Virus record (IMG/VR): IMGVR_UViG_2974587864_000001
Direction: 5' to 3' (one strand)
DNA: 48,464 nucleotides
DNA from: a virus
Taxonomy: Duplodnaviria; Heunggongvirae; Uroviricota; Caudoviricetes; Straboviridae
Both the position numbers and the translations under genes were made by a program. Positions 17,061 through 25,543 of this stretch are shown piece by piece. The notes beneath the pieces were generated by a model. That model did not search any database, had not been told where the DNA came from, and worked only from the letters and a program-made list of their open reading frames with translations. Position 1 is the first letter of the stretch; each line of letters opens with the position of its first letter.

Positions 17061-17846
17061 TTACTCTATTGTGAAAGTGAAAAGGTTTTGCGCGGGTTCT
17101 GGCTCCGGTTCGGGGAATTCCATACAGACAACTTCACACATCGGTTTCACGCCTTTCCATTCTTCCAGATAATATCCGGTATCAATGCCGCAACCTGGTT
17201 GCATTTCAAGGCCAGTTTCATCAAGAAACTTTTTGCATTTCGATGTTGTCGTTGATTCGTCCTGTTGGAAATAACGCCGTCCAGAGTAACGAAAATTCGC
17301 GGACATCTGCGGGAGAATGAACGTACCCGCACGGGCAATCTGTGAAGCACGTTCAATCACTTTATATTCAAATTCCGCGCCCGTATACTTACCCTTAAAA
17401 TTGGATGTCTTTATCTTGCCGAAAGGAGGATTGCTGATCGCCATATCAAACAGAGTATCAAACTCCGTCGTTAACGCGTCTGCGTTAATCCAGGTCGCTT
17501 CCGGTACGATACGCTTACCCAACTTATAGTATGTATGGTTTAACTCCACACAGACGATTTCACGCGGTTTGGCGTACATCATCATATGAAGCATCGCGAA
17601 GGATAGCCCACCGATACCCGCGCACAGGTCAACAACGCTTCCACTGGTACAAGCATCAATGGTGAAATCGCGAGCAAGTCCGATCGGGGTAAAGAATGCA
17701 CCCAGTTCAGAGTTATTCGTAAATGCACCTTCATGGAAGTTTTCGATAATGAATAATTTTTCGTCGTAGGTTAGCGCCTTGTCAGACTCCACCAGATCCA
17801 TTATCTTGTTGTGTTGTTTGGTTTCCGCTTTCGTTAACTTCGCCAT
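17061..17846 (-). CDS. Orphan amino-(N6-adenine/N4-cytosine) DNA methyltransferase
   Basis: GAFFTP (motif X), VVDLCAGIGGL (motif I), ISNPPFG (motif IV); gamma-class order. Confidence 0.88.
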   Translation of the reverse strand: MAKLTKAETKQHNKIMDLVESDKALTYDEKLFIIENFHEGAFTNNSELGAFFTPIGLARDFTIDACTSGSVVDLCAGIGGLSFAMLHMMMYAKPREIVCVELNHTYYKLGKRIVPEATWINADALTTEFDTLFDMAISNPPFGKIKTSNFKGKYTGAEFEYKVIERASQIARAGTFILPQMSANFRYSGRRYFQQDESTTTSKCKKFLDETGLEMQPGCGIDTGYYLEEWKGVKPMCEVVCMEFPEPEPEPAQNLFTFTIE

Positions 17847-18165
17847 TGACCTTTTCCGGTAATAAGAACAGAGGGGTAGATTCTACCACATCAAAGCCCC
17901 AGTCATCAACAATATTGCTTTCCCAGTCGCGGGTTTCCCACGGGCTGCAAATCCACTTATACACCCCAGCAGGATCTTCAACCTGTTCAGGCATACCCAG
18001 CATTTCCGCATTGATACCTTCATCCAGATAGCCAGGATGAATATTAGGCCAGCGCATGATATCAACGTAGCCTTTATCGTCAACCGATACGATCCATTCG
18101 GAACGATACGGACTATCGAACTTAGGTTCTTCGTCTGGAAGTATCATATCTAATAAATCACTCAT
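17782..18165 (-). CDS. Acidic hypothetical protein
   Basis: 127 aa; 3' end overlaps the MTase start by 65 nt. Confidence 0.7.
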   Translation of the reverse strand: MSDLLDMILPDEEPKFDSPYRSEWIVSVDDKGYVDIMRWPNIHPGYLDEGINAEMLGMPEQVEDPAGVYKWICSPWETRDWESNIVDDWGFDVVESTPLFLLPEKVNGEVNESGNQTTQQDNGSGGV

Positions 18166-18392
18166 TTCACTAAACCTTCTTTAACGCCCTCTTTCATGGC
18201 TTTCAGAACACCGATAAAAGCGTCTTTGCCACCGATAGCGCCGATGATAAGCATCAGGACACCAACACAACCCGCTAAACCGATTCTGAACAGGTTCCAG
18301 GCAAACGGGATAGCCAGAAGCACTAACCACGGGAACGGAAAGCCCATAAGTGCGTTTAGAACCAGTAAGATAAAAGCGATTGCAAGTTTCAT
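18162..18392 (-). CDS. Small membrane protein
   Basis: Start moved to ATG 18392 after SD AGGAGG; 2-3 TM segments. Confidence 0.8.
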   Translation of the reverse strand: MKLAIAFILLVLNALMGFPFPWLVLLAIPFAWNLFRIGLAGCVGVLMLIIGAIGGKDAFIGVLKAMKEGVKEGLVK

Positions 18393-18418
18393 GATGTCCT
18401 CCTTTGTTTGTTTAGAAT

Positions 18419-18447
18419 AAGGTATCACCTTTCGAGAATGATTGCAA
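18419..18447 (-). promoter_or_regulatory. Early promoter for the membrane/acidic/MTase unit
   Basis: TTGCAA(18442-47)-17-TACCTT(18419-24). Confidence 0.7.
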
Positions 18448-18460
18448 TACCTACAGATAC

Positions 18461-18481
18461 AAAAAAGCCCCTTTCGGGGCT
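18461..18481 (-). terminator. Intrinsic terminator
   Basis: agcccc-GAAA-ggggct-ttttt. Confidence 0.8.
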
Positions 18482-18487
18482 TAATTT

Positions 18488-18742
18488 TTATGCTTTGTTG
18501 ATTAGATACCGAAGAACGTTTTTGGCCTGAACTTCGTTACAGCAGAGTTTGAATTCTGGGTCGATTGGGAGGAAGCCCCAGAGGAAATCAACGCTACCTT
18601 CAACATCTGCTTTCCCACTTTTCAGCATTTCAACCAGCAAACCTCTGTTTACTACGCTGTTCACTACTGCATCGAAATAACCCGCGCTGAAATCCAGTTC
18701 TGGGTTCATCACTTCGTCGTATGGGTTGTTCAGTACGTTCAT
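18488..18742 (-). CDS. Hypothetical protein
   Basis: 84 aa; SD TAGGAG; own promoter. Confidence 0.78.
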   Translation of the reverse strand: MNVLNNPYDEVMNPELDFSAGYFDAVVNSVVNRGLLVEMLKSGKADVEGSVDFLWGFLPIDPEFKLCCNEVQAKNVLRYLINKA

Positions 18743-18751
18743 TTGGTATCT

Positions 18752-18820
18752 CCTAATCAGTTTTTGTTGTCTACGGGAGTCATATTATCACAATCATAAC
18801 TCCCGTCAACCCCTAATCAG
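18752..18820 (-). promoter_or_regulatory. Promoter with internal inverted repeat, flanked by 9-bp direct repeats
   Basis: TTGACG-16-TAATAT; acgggagt/actcccgt; cctaatcag at 18752-60 and 18812-20. Confidence 0.7.
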
Positions 18821-18822
18821 GA

Positions 18823-19032
18823 TTATTTTGCGTTTTTTGCAATCCAGAGAGTCAGTTTAGGGAATACATTTGCCATTGCCACCACAAACAGCACCCAGAA
18901 AGCCAGCTTAACCACACCGATCACGATCAGAGGCGCAAATACAAGCCACCAGGAAGCATTTGCCATAACCCCGATTGCTGCCAGTTTCAGAGACAGGAGG
19001 ATCAGGAACACAATAACGAGAATCTTTTTCAT
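18823..19032 (-). CDS. Small membrane protein
   Basis: 69 aa; LKL..I.....W..VFAPL hydrophobic pattern. Confidence 0.75.
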   Translation of the reverse strand: MKKILVIVFLILLSLKLAAIGVMANASWWLVFAPLIVIGVVKLAFWVLFVVAMANVFPKLTLWIAKNAK

Positions 19033-19064
19033 TTCACTATACCTTTTGAGGGGCCGAAGCCCCG

Positions 19065-20504
19065 TTAAAATTGAATGTCTGTACTGTTTGCTACTTCGGC
19101 TAACTTACTGCTTCGGTTAGTCTCGGCTTGTTTTACCATAGCACCTTGTGCTTCTTCAAGCGTTTTCGGCATCTGACGACCTTTATAATCAGATTGGAAC
19201 CCGATATCGCTGTTGTCGGTATCCATCCAGCGTTGATTACCCTTGCGCACTTCGAGTTTGAAGTGGTTAAAGTGGTTCTTATCGCCGTAACGGGATTTGA
19301 TCTGCTTGAACAACTGCAAGCCCTGATCAGCTAACTCGTCGGTCTCAATCACAGCTAACATAAAGTCAGCGGTAGCTGGAAGACCAGCAGATTCGGCAAC
19401 GTCGCCCATGCTGATATCAGAAGCATCCCACGCGGCGCGGGTAGTCTGCGCACCAGTCCACATTACGGTATTTGTTTCAACAGCCAAACCGCGAAGTTCT
19501 TCGGCAATCGCTTTAACCAGGATGTATGTGTTTTCCGCCCCGCGTACACGGGTAGAAGCACAGATCCCCAGGTAGTCAACAATAATCACATCAGGTACGA
19601 AACTCTTCTTCAATTTAAGCTCTTTAATCAGCGCTTTGAAGTGGTTCGCGTTCGCCCCTGCTGTTGGGTATTGCTTAACGATTAAACGCCCGACCTTCGA
19701 CTGTTTGAGGCGTTCCATACGGTTCTTATAGTCCGCATAGGTGATGTTCCCGTTGTCGATATCGTCCATCGCAACATCAAGCAGGTTAGCGTCAATACGT
19801 TTAGAACAAACGTGTTCAGCCATTTCCATACTGATATACAGGACGTTTTTACCTGATTGCAGGTAATCAGCAGCGAGAGAACAAAGCCCCAGAGATTTAC
19901 CAACGTTAACACCAGCCATTAAGATGTTCAATGTTCCACGTTCTGCGCCGCCTTTAGTAATGGCGTTCAGGATCGGGATATTGAAAGCAATCTTCATCGC
20001 TTTGGACTGGTAAAGCATCCAGCGTTTTTCATAGTCTTCGAAGTAATCATGACCGACCGAACTATCGAAGCTAATCGCTAACGCTTCCGCCATGATGTCA
20101 GGGATTGCCCCAACGTCAGGGATTTTGTTGTTGCGTTCGCCAGCAGGTTTTTCAGCATTCGCCTGGATCTCAATTGCACGGGACAGAGCGCGATACATTG
20201 CCTTGTCACGACAATAGGTTTCCGTTTCTTTCATCAACCATTCCAGATCTTCCGGCGCATTTTTCATGCTGCGGATCATCTTTTTGGTATCTTCGTAGAC
20301 TACATCACTCAGGCTCTTTTTGTCCAGAGCTACTTCTAAAGCAGTTTGTGAAGGAATGCTGTTGAATTCCTGTACGTGCTTATCCATCAAATCAAAGAGA
20401 ATCTGCGCGTTCCCTTCGAAATATTCACGGCGTAAATGGGGCCACGCCTGAACAAAATACGTACCATTAAAAACCAGATTTGAAAATATTGTTTCGACGA
20501 TCAT
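19065..20504 (-). CDS. 41: Replicative DNA helicase gp41
   Basis: MAGVNVGKSL (Walker A), YISMEM, IIVDYLGIC, AEELRGLA, IKSRYGD. Confidence 0.97.
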   Translation of the reverse strand: MIVETIFSNLVFNGTYFVQAWPHLRREYFEGNAQILFDLMDKHVQEFNSIPSQTALEVALDKKSLSDVVYEDTKKMIRSMKNAPEDLEWLMKETETYCRDKAMYRALSRAIEIQANAEKPAGERNNKIPDVGAIPDIMAEALAISFDSSVGHDYFEDYEKRWMLYQSKAMKIAFNIPILNAITKGGAERGTLNILMAGVNVGKSLGLCSLAADYLQSGKNVLYISMEMAEHVCSKRIDANLLDVAMDDIDNGNITYADYKNRMERLKQSKVGRLIVKQYPTAGANANHFKALIKELKLKKSFVPDVIIVDYLGICASTRVRGAENTYILVKAIAEELRGLAVETNTVMWTGAQTTRAAWDASDISMGDVAESAGLPATADFMLAVIETDELADQGLQLFKQIKSRYGDKNHFNHFKLEVRKGNQRWMDTDNSDIGFQSDYKGRQMPKTLEEAQGAMVKQAETNRSSKLAEVANSTDIQF

Positions 20505-20513
20505 TATTACCTC

Positions 20514-20819
20514 TTAAACCAGATTAGCGAACATCTGAAAGAAATTATACAGCTTTACTTTCAACGCCGCCCATAAGGTCTTTTCAGGCTTTGGGAGATT
20601 GGGATTGATCTGCGCGTAGATTGCATCGTGAACCAGCGGAATCAGTTTTTCTTTGTCTTCGTCCGGCGTACTAAATTCGACTTTCAGGCCGTTATCCCAA
20701 TACACCTTATGGATGTACACTAAGTGTGCAACATCGTTTTCATCGTTGATCAACAGTTCTTGAATAACGTCCTGCATTGCTTCATCAAGAATGTTTTTTG
20801 TTTTTTGTTCAATGTCCAT
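20514..20819 (-). CDS. 40: Head vertex assembly chaperone gp40
   Basis: QELLI...HLVYIHKV...L.VEFST; synteny between uvsX and 41. Confidence 0.88.
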   Translation of the reverse strand: MDIEQKTKNILDEAMQDVIQELLINDENDVAHLVYIHKVYWDNGLKVEFSTPDEDKEKLIPLVHDAIYAQINPNLPKPEKTLWAALKVKLYNFFQMFANLV

Positions 20820-20831
20820 GATTCACCTATT

Positions 20832-20850
20832 AAAAGGGGGCAAAGCCCCC
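20832..20850 (-). terminator. Intrinsic terminator after uvsX
   Basis: gggggc-ttt-gccccc-tttt. Confidence 0.7.
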
Positions 20851-20859
20851 AGTTGTTTA

Positions 20860-22008
20860 TTACTCTTCTGACATATCCACATCATCAGGGATATCGTCAT
20901 CGAGATCAAATTTATTTGACGGTTCTACTACATCGTCGGAATAAAGATCTTCGAGTGCTGCCCCGTCAGTGATCTCTTTGTCAGGAATACGGTACTTATC
21001 CTGAATGGCATCAAGGAATGGCTGGTGAGTGAACAGAGGTTTCCAGAACTCGATCGAGTTGGTTTCCGATTCACGCCATTTCTTTTCTTCCAGTTCAAGT
21101 TCGCCCGTTTCCGTGTTCAGGAACGCACGACCGCGCCAGCCTTTCGTTGGAGTCTGAACGAAGTTCATTTCCATAGCCAGATCCAGAAGACCAGAGAACA
21201 TACTGATACCGCCCTCATAGGTAACATGAAGCGGGAATTTGGATTTCTCTTTCACGAAGCGAGATTTCTCGATGTTCATGATGAAGTCATAACCGACAAC
21301 TTCCGTACCTTCTTTCACCTGCTGTTTGCCCAGGATGATCGCGGTATCTGCGGAATACATCAGACCAGTACCACCGGAAATGACTTTCTTACTGTACATT
21401 TCTTGTGTGTCGTATGTGTGACAGATACACACCATCGGAATATCCAGATCCGCCAGGTAAGGCGTAACCATACGGAACATACCTTTAAGTGCTTTAGCGC
21501 GGGTCATGTCCTGTTTGTCGTTGTCAGACAGGGCATCAGCCAGTTCTTTTTTACTCGCGGTGTTGCCTACAGAGTCCACGAAAATGATCACTTTGTCGCC
21601 GCGTTCCAGCGCGTTAAGCTGGCTTACAACGTCATTTCGAAGTTGCTCAACTGTCGTGATACGAGTATACACCACACGATCGGGGTCAACGCCCATTGAT
21701 TTCAGGTAAGACTTAGTTACGCCTTTCTCTGAATCATAGAACAGACACACAGCATCCTCATTCGCTTTGAGGTACGCCGCAACCGTCACCAGCCCCAGAT
21801 TCGATTTAAAGTGTTTTGACGGGCCAGCAAACAGAGTTAAGCCGGAAGTCAGACCACCATCGAAAGCGCCGGACAGCGCCAGGTTCAGGATCGGTACACG
21901 AGTTCGAGTTTTGGTGATGTTATTGAAAACATCGCTTTCAGACAGAATTGACGCAGATTGACTATTCGAGTTTTTGATCAGTTTTTTCAGGAGTGCTTTA
22001 TTAGACAT
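20860..22008 (-). CDS. uvsX: UvsX RecA-like recombinase
   Basis: FAGPSKHFKS, FYDSE.G, ISGGTG.MYSAD, IEKSRFVKEKSK. Confidence 0.97.
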   Translation of the reverse strand: MSNKALLKKLIKNSNSQSASILSESDVFNNITKTRTRVPILNLALSGAFDGGLTSGLTLFAGPSKHFKSNLGLVTVAAYLKANEDAVCLFYDSEKGVTKSYLKSMGVDPDRVVYTRITTVEQLRNDVVSQLNALERGDKVIIFVDSVGNTASKKELADALSDNDKQDMTRAKALKGMFRMVTPYLADLDIPMVCICHTYDTQEMYSKKVISGGTGLMYSADTAIILGKQQVKEGTEVVGYDFIMNIEKSRFVKEKSKFPLHVTYEGGISMFSGLLDLAMEMNFVQTPTKGWRGRAFLNTETGELELEEKKWRESETNSIEFWKPLFTHQPFLDAIQDKYRIPDKEITDGAALEDLYSDDVVEPSNKFDLDDDIPDDVDMSEE

Positions 22009-22035
22009 TTATTTTTCCGGTTTATATACACGCAT
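22009..22035 (-). CDS. 8-aa upstream mini-ORF (MRVYKPEK) abutting the uvsX start in frame
   Basis: GAGGA SD 7 nt before ATG 22035; its TAA is followed immediately by the uvsX ATG. Confidence 0.5.
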   Translation of the reverse strand: MRVYKPEK

Positions 22036-22063
22036 AATATTTTCCTCACAAATTTATATAAAT

Positions 22064-22079
22064 GGGGCATTTCTGCCCC
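22064..22079 (-). terminator. Hairpin/terminator after gene 43
   Basis: ggggca-GAAA-tgcccc-atttat. Confidence 0.6.
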
Positions 22080-22087
22080 GTCAGGTC

Positions 22088-24793
22088 TTACCAGTCATCA
22101 CCAAACAGAGTGTTCAGGGATGCGCGTTTTTCGTAATCAATTTTACATGCTTCCGTGATGTTTTGCAACGGGCTAATCACATGTTTTTCAAATAATCCGC
22201 CGTAGTCTACCCACTTCAAAATATCTTCTTCGATCTCAGTTGGTAAACGCGTACCGGATTGCCATGCGATGCAATCAGCTTGCCACGGGTTTTTATCTCG
22301 CAACGGCAGAACCATCACCTTTTCACCTTCCATGATCGGGGTGATTCCTTGAATACCCTTCGTATGGCGGTTAAAGAACAGAACGCCTTTGATGTGGTTT
22401 GGTGTCCCTTTGATTGGGAAGCCAGCACCATCATTATATTTTGAGATATTATTAGCAGATGATACACCAGCTATTTCGCGGTAGTCAAGCGCCTTATACT
22501 CTTCTTCAAATACTTTGAAGTGTTCGTGTAAGGATTCTTCACCTTCTTGCAGGATGCGACGGATCGCTTCTTTCAAGAACTTTTTAACCGCTGTCGGTGT
22601 ACTACTTCGCTGGGTTTCCATTCCCATGATCTTTAATTTAGGTTTCTCGTAGCGGGTTCCTTCGGAGTCCCATACGTTAGCCGCATATCGTTTCTTAGCC
22701 GTCCAGAAACTACCCAGACCTTTCGATCCCAGAGGTGGCCCAGAAATGATTTCACGATCCATAAACATCAGGTGTTCGACGTTATTCATGTACTCGCACA
22801 GTTCGCGGTAGCCCTTATCAATGATAGGTTCCATGCGTTCTTTACTGAACTTATCCAGGAAGTCAACCCAATGGTTGTTATCCCTGAACTTACTTTCACC
22901 GCCGACTTTCGCGATCACGTTGTCCATACAAACATAAATGGAGTCGGTGTCACAGTAACGCACGTATGCGTAATCCGTGGTGTTGCACAGTTCGTTAAGG
23001 TATTCGTTAACCTTACGCTCAATCCACTGAATAGCCAACTGCCCGAACATGGTGATCGCACTGGCGTTTCGAATATCGAAGTAACGGAAATGTTCGTTAC
23101 CCAACGCACCATAAAGGGAGTTGATACTGATTTTACGGTTAAGCTGTGCGGTGTTCGCCTGTGCGATTTTCTTCTCACACACTTTCTTCACGGCTTTAAG
23201 CATTTGCTTAGACAGCGTTTTCAGTACAGCTTTTGATTCATCACCGAAATCTTCGTAGAACTCGAAATCAGGGTTGATCATTTGGTTGTGCGCGTCTGTC
23301 AGGTGTTCGAGTTCGTGCTTAATCAGTTCGAGATTTCGCTCACCCGCCATCATTCGTTTTTTCCACGCCTTACGCTGATCAAATACTTTCTTGATCTCGA
23401 CCGGAATCACACCTTTAACGTCGCGTCGGAACATCCACCCGTTAGGAGAGCAGCTAAATTCGTCGCTAGGACGCGGCGCAGTCTTATTGATGTATTCATG
23501 CATCGGACGCACTGCAAAGCTGTTAGCGATTGTCTCAGGGCTTATATTCACCTGTCGGATGATAGATGGATACAGACTGGTCAAGTCGAACGATACAATG
23601 TAACGGTATGGAGCGACAACAGGATCTTTAACGTATGCACCATCATACGGCGTTTTAGTATGGCGTTTGTTTTCTGGGATTACTTTCTTCTCTTCACGCA
23701 GAGAGTTGTAAATGATTGCGTCCCACGTTTTAAGCGGTGACATAACCCCAGGGAAATTGATTTTCGCGTAGTATGCTACAGACAGAACCAGTTCGATAAA
23801 GTTGCGTTTACCGTCGATATCCAACACGCGGATAACGTCAACGATGTTATACGTGATGTATTTCTGGTGATCCGCTTGACGCAGTTCAGACAGCGAACCT
23901 TCGTAATCAACTTTGCTTTTACCTGTTTCGAACTCAGCGATCGCGCCCAGAGCGTAAGTTGGTTGCGGGGTGAAACTGAATTTCTTATAGAGATCCATTC
24001 CATCCATTTGAGCAACGCCGTAAATCTCATAGCCCAGTTGTTCGTTCCCGTAATGGTCGGTTGTTGTCTTCGCAGTCACTTTCCCGAACGGGCTGAAATG
24101 ACGAACAACGTTTTGCCCGAAGATATTCAGGTAACGGGTGATGATATACGCGATATCGAACTTGTTTGAGTTCCATCCCGTAACAATAACAGGTGTCCGC
24201 TCTTTCCAGTCTTTGATATAAGCCGACATCAGCGACTTTTCGGTCTGGAATGAACGGTAAACAATTTTCTTCAAGTCTTCTTCGCTGATCTCGTTTTCGG
24301 TATCAACTTTTGACGCTACCCATTCATCTAAACCACCCTCGACAAGATCGTACACAAAGAATTTATCTTCAACGCTGTCATAGTGGGTGATTGCGTCGAT
24401 AGCGTATTTTGCTTCGCGTGGATCAGGGAATTCAGGCGCGGTAACTTCGATATCAAGTGAAGCAATGCGGATCTTGTCGCGATCGTATTCGATTTCCTTT
24501 CTGTAGGAATCGGAGATATACGCCAGCCTGAAATCATCCATGCCTAGCGCTTCCATGCCTACATCTTTCATTCGCTGCATCCAGTTTTTTGCTTCCTTGA
24601 TGCTTTCGAAGTTCTTTTTGATGCAGGTCTTGCCGTAAATGTCGCGATATGGCGAGTCTACACCCGCCATAGCGTGTTGAAACATTGTAGGCGCATATTT
24701 TGTTTTGCGAACCTGTTCGCGTCCCTCAGAGTCAATGAAGCGCTCGTAGATGTGATCGCCCATTTGCTCAACGGATAGATAAAATTCATTCAT
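22088..24793 (-). CDS. 43: DNA polymerase gp43 (family B), single chain
   Basis: Exo DIEV / GWN...FDIAY / YNIVDV; pol SFDLTSLYPS, KISINSLYG, YCDTDS, KKRYA. Confidence 0.98.
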   Translation of the reverse strand: MNEFYLSVEQMGDHIYERFIDSEGREQVRKTKYAPTMFQHAMAGVDSPYRDIYGKTCIKKNFESIKEAKNWMQRMKDVGMEALGMDDFRLAYISDSYRKEIEYDRDKIRIASLDIEVTAPEFPDPREAKYAIDAITHYDSVEDKFFVYDLVEGGLDEWVASKVDTENEISEEDLKKIVYRSFQTEKSLMSAYIKDWKERTPVIVTGWNSNKFDIAYIITRYLNIFGQNVVRHFSPFGKVTAKTTTDHYGNEQLGYEIYGVAQMDGMDLYKKFSFTPQPTYALGAIAEFETGKSKVDYEGSLSELRQADHQKYITYNIVDVIRVLDIDGKRNFIELVLSVAYYAKINFPGVMSPLKTWDAIIYNSLREEKKVIPENKRHTKTPYDGAYVKDPVVAPYRYIVSFDLTSLYPSIIRQVNISPETIANSFAVRPMHEYINKTAPRPSDEFSCSPNGWMFRRDVKGVIPVEIKKVFDQRKAWKKRMMAGERNLELIKHELEHLTDAHNQMINPDFEFYEDFGDESKAVLKTLSKQMLKAVKKVCEKKIAQANTAQLNRKISINSLYGALGNEHFRYFDIRNASAITMFGQLAIQWIERKVNEYLNELCNTTDYAYVRYCDTDSIYVCMDNVIAKVGGESKFRDNNHWVDFLDKFSKERMEPIIDKGYRELCEYMNNVEHLMFMDREIISGPPLGSKGLGSFWTAKKRYAANVWDSEGTRYEKPKLKIMGMETQRSSTPTAVKKFLKEAIRRILQEGEESLHEHFKVFEEEYKALDYREIAGVSSANNISKYNDGAGFPIKGTPNHIKGVLFFNRHTKGIQGITPIMEGEKVMVLPLRDKNPWQADCIAWQSGTRLPTEIEEDILKWVDYGGLFEKHVISPLQNITEACKIDYEKRASLNTLFGDDW

Positions 24794-25103
24794 TACGGTT
24801 TTCTTTCTCCGTGTTTAATCGTGACAGGAATGATACCCCAGCCAGCTTGATCAGATCAAGCGAGCGTTGCGCTAATTTGTGATAGCGTTGGGTGTCAGGC
24901 CGATTTAGTTGTTCAACCAGCACGGTATATTCTTCCATGATGCGGGTATAGAACTTAGGGAAGTGATCCCGCGCGTATGCGTAGGTGCGCAGATCAGAGA
25001 GATTGCAAGTAAGAGACAGTTTGATGTCTTCGCTATGCAGACGGTTGATCAAGTGATCACCGGATTCAATAGCTTTGATGATTTCTTCAATACGAATTTT
25101 CAT
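24786..25103 (-). CDS. Hypothetical protein between regA and 43
   Basis: 105 aa; SD GAGGA; own promoter; overlaps the gene 43 start. Confidence 0.78.
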   Translation of the reverse strand: MKIRIEEIIKAIESGDHLINRLHSEDIKLSLTCNLSDLRTYAYARDHFPKFYTRIMEEYTVLVEQLNRPDTQRYHKLAQRSLDLIKLAGVSFLSRLNTEKENRNE

Positions 25104-25132
25104 AATTTAGTCCTCACAAGTGGTGTACAACC

Positions 25133-25170
25133 AATATAACAAAGCCCCTGCATTTCTGCAAGGGCTTTTG
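25133..25170 (-). promoter_or_regulatory. Early promoter with stem-loop over -35
   Basis: TTGCAG(25156-61)-17-TATATT(25133-38); aaagccc.tgca...tgca.gggcttt stem. Confidence 0.8.
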
Positions 25171-25171
25171 A

Positions 25172-25540
25172 TTAATGTCCGATCCGGTACTTGTATTTCA
25201 AAGTCCATTCAGCTTTTTGTGCGTGAGTCAATACGCGGAAGTTGTTCTCTTCGGAGAATTTCAGATCCGGCGTAAGGATGGAAACCATACCCCACTCTTC
25301 CAGAAGTCGCGCAATGTTATTGCGGCGCAGTTCGTCATCTTCGGTCATGTCAACCTGGCGACCGTCCAGCTTCAACAGTTCTTTGAAGTGTACGATAAAA
25401 TAACGCCCTTGTTTCTGTAGGATGTGGCAAGACTGCCACAGCATTTTCTTTTTGTTATTTGCGATCCCGATACGGGTCAGCGTTTCGCGAATTTTCAGGA
25501 AACTGTCATCGCTGGACAGTTTAATTTCGAGCATGTTCAT
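25172..25540 (-). CDS. regA: RegA translational repressor
   Basis: FLKIRETLTRIGIAN...L.QSCHILQKQGRYFIVHFKEL. Confidence 0.97.
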   Translation of the reverse strand: MNMLEIKLSSDDSFLKIRETLTRIGIANNKKKMLWQSCHILQKQGRYFIVHFKELLKLDGRQVDMTEDDELRRNNIARLLEEWGMVSILTPDLKFSEENNFRVLTHAQKAEWTLKYKYRIGH

Positions 25541-25543
25541 ACA

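Noticed and set aside
17061-17090. QNLF at the MTase C-terminus as a host beta-clamp motif
   Set aside because: Only a 4-residue partial match to QL[S/D]LF; too weak without conservation data.
19050-19063. UUCG hairpin after gene 41 as a terminator
   Set aside because: No U-tract on the coding strand; more likely a stabilising hairpin, so not called.
21025-21699. 224-aa ORF antisense to uvsX
   Set aside because: Shadow ORF of a conserved core gene.
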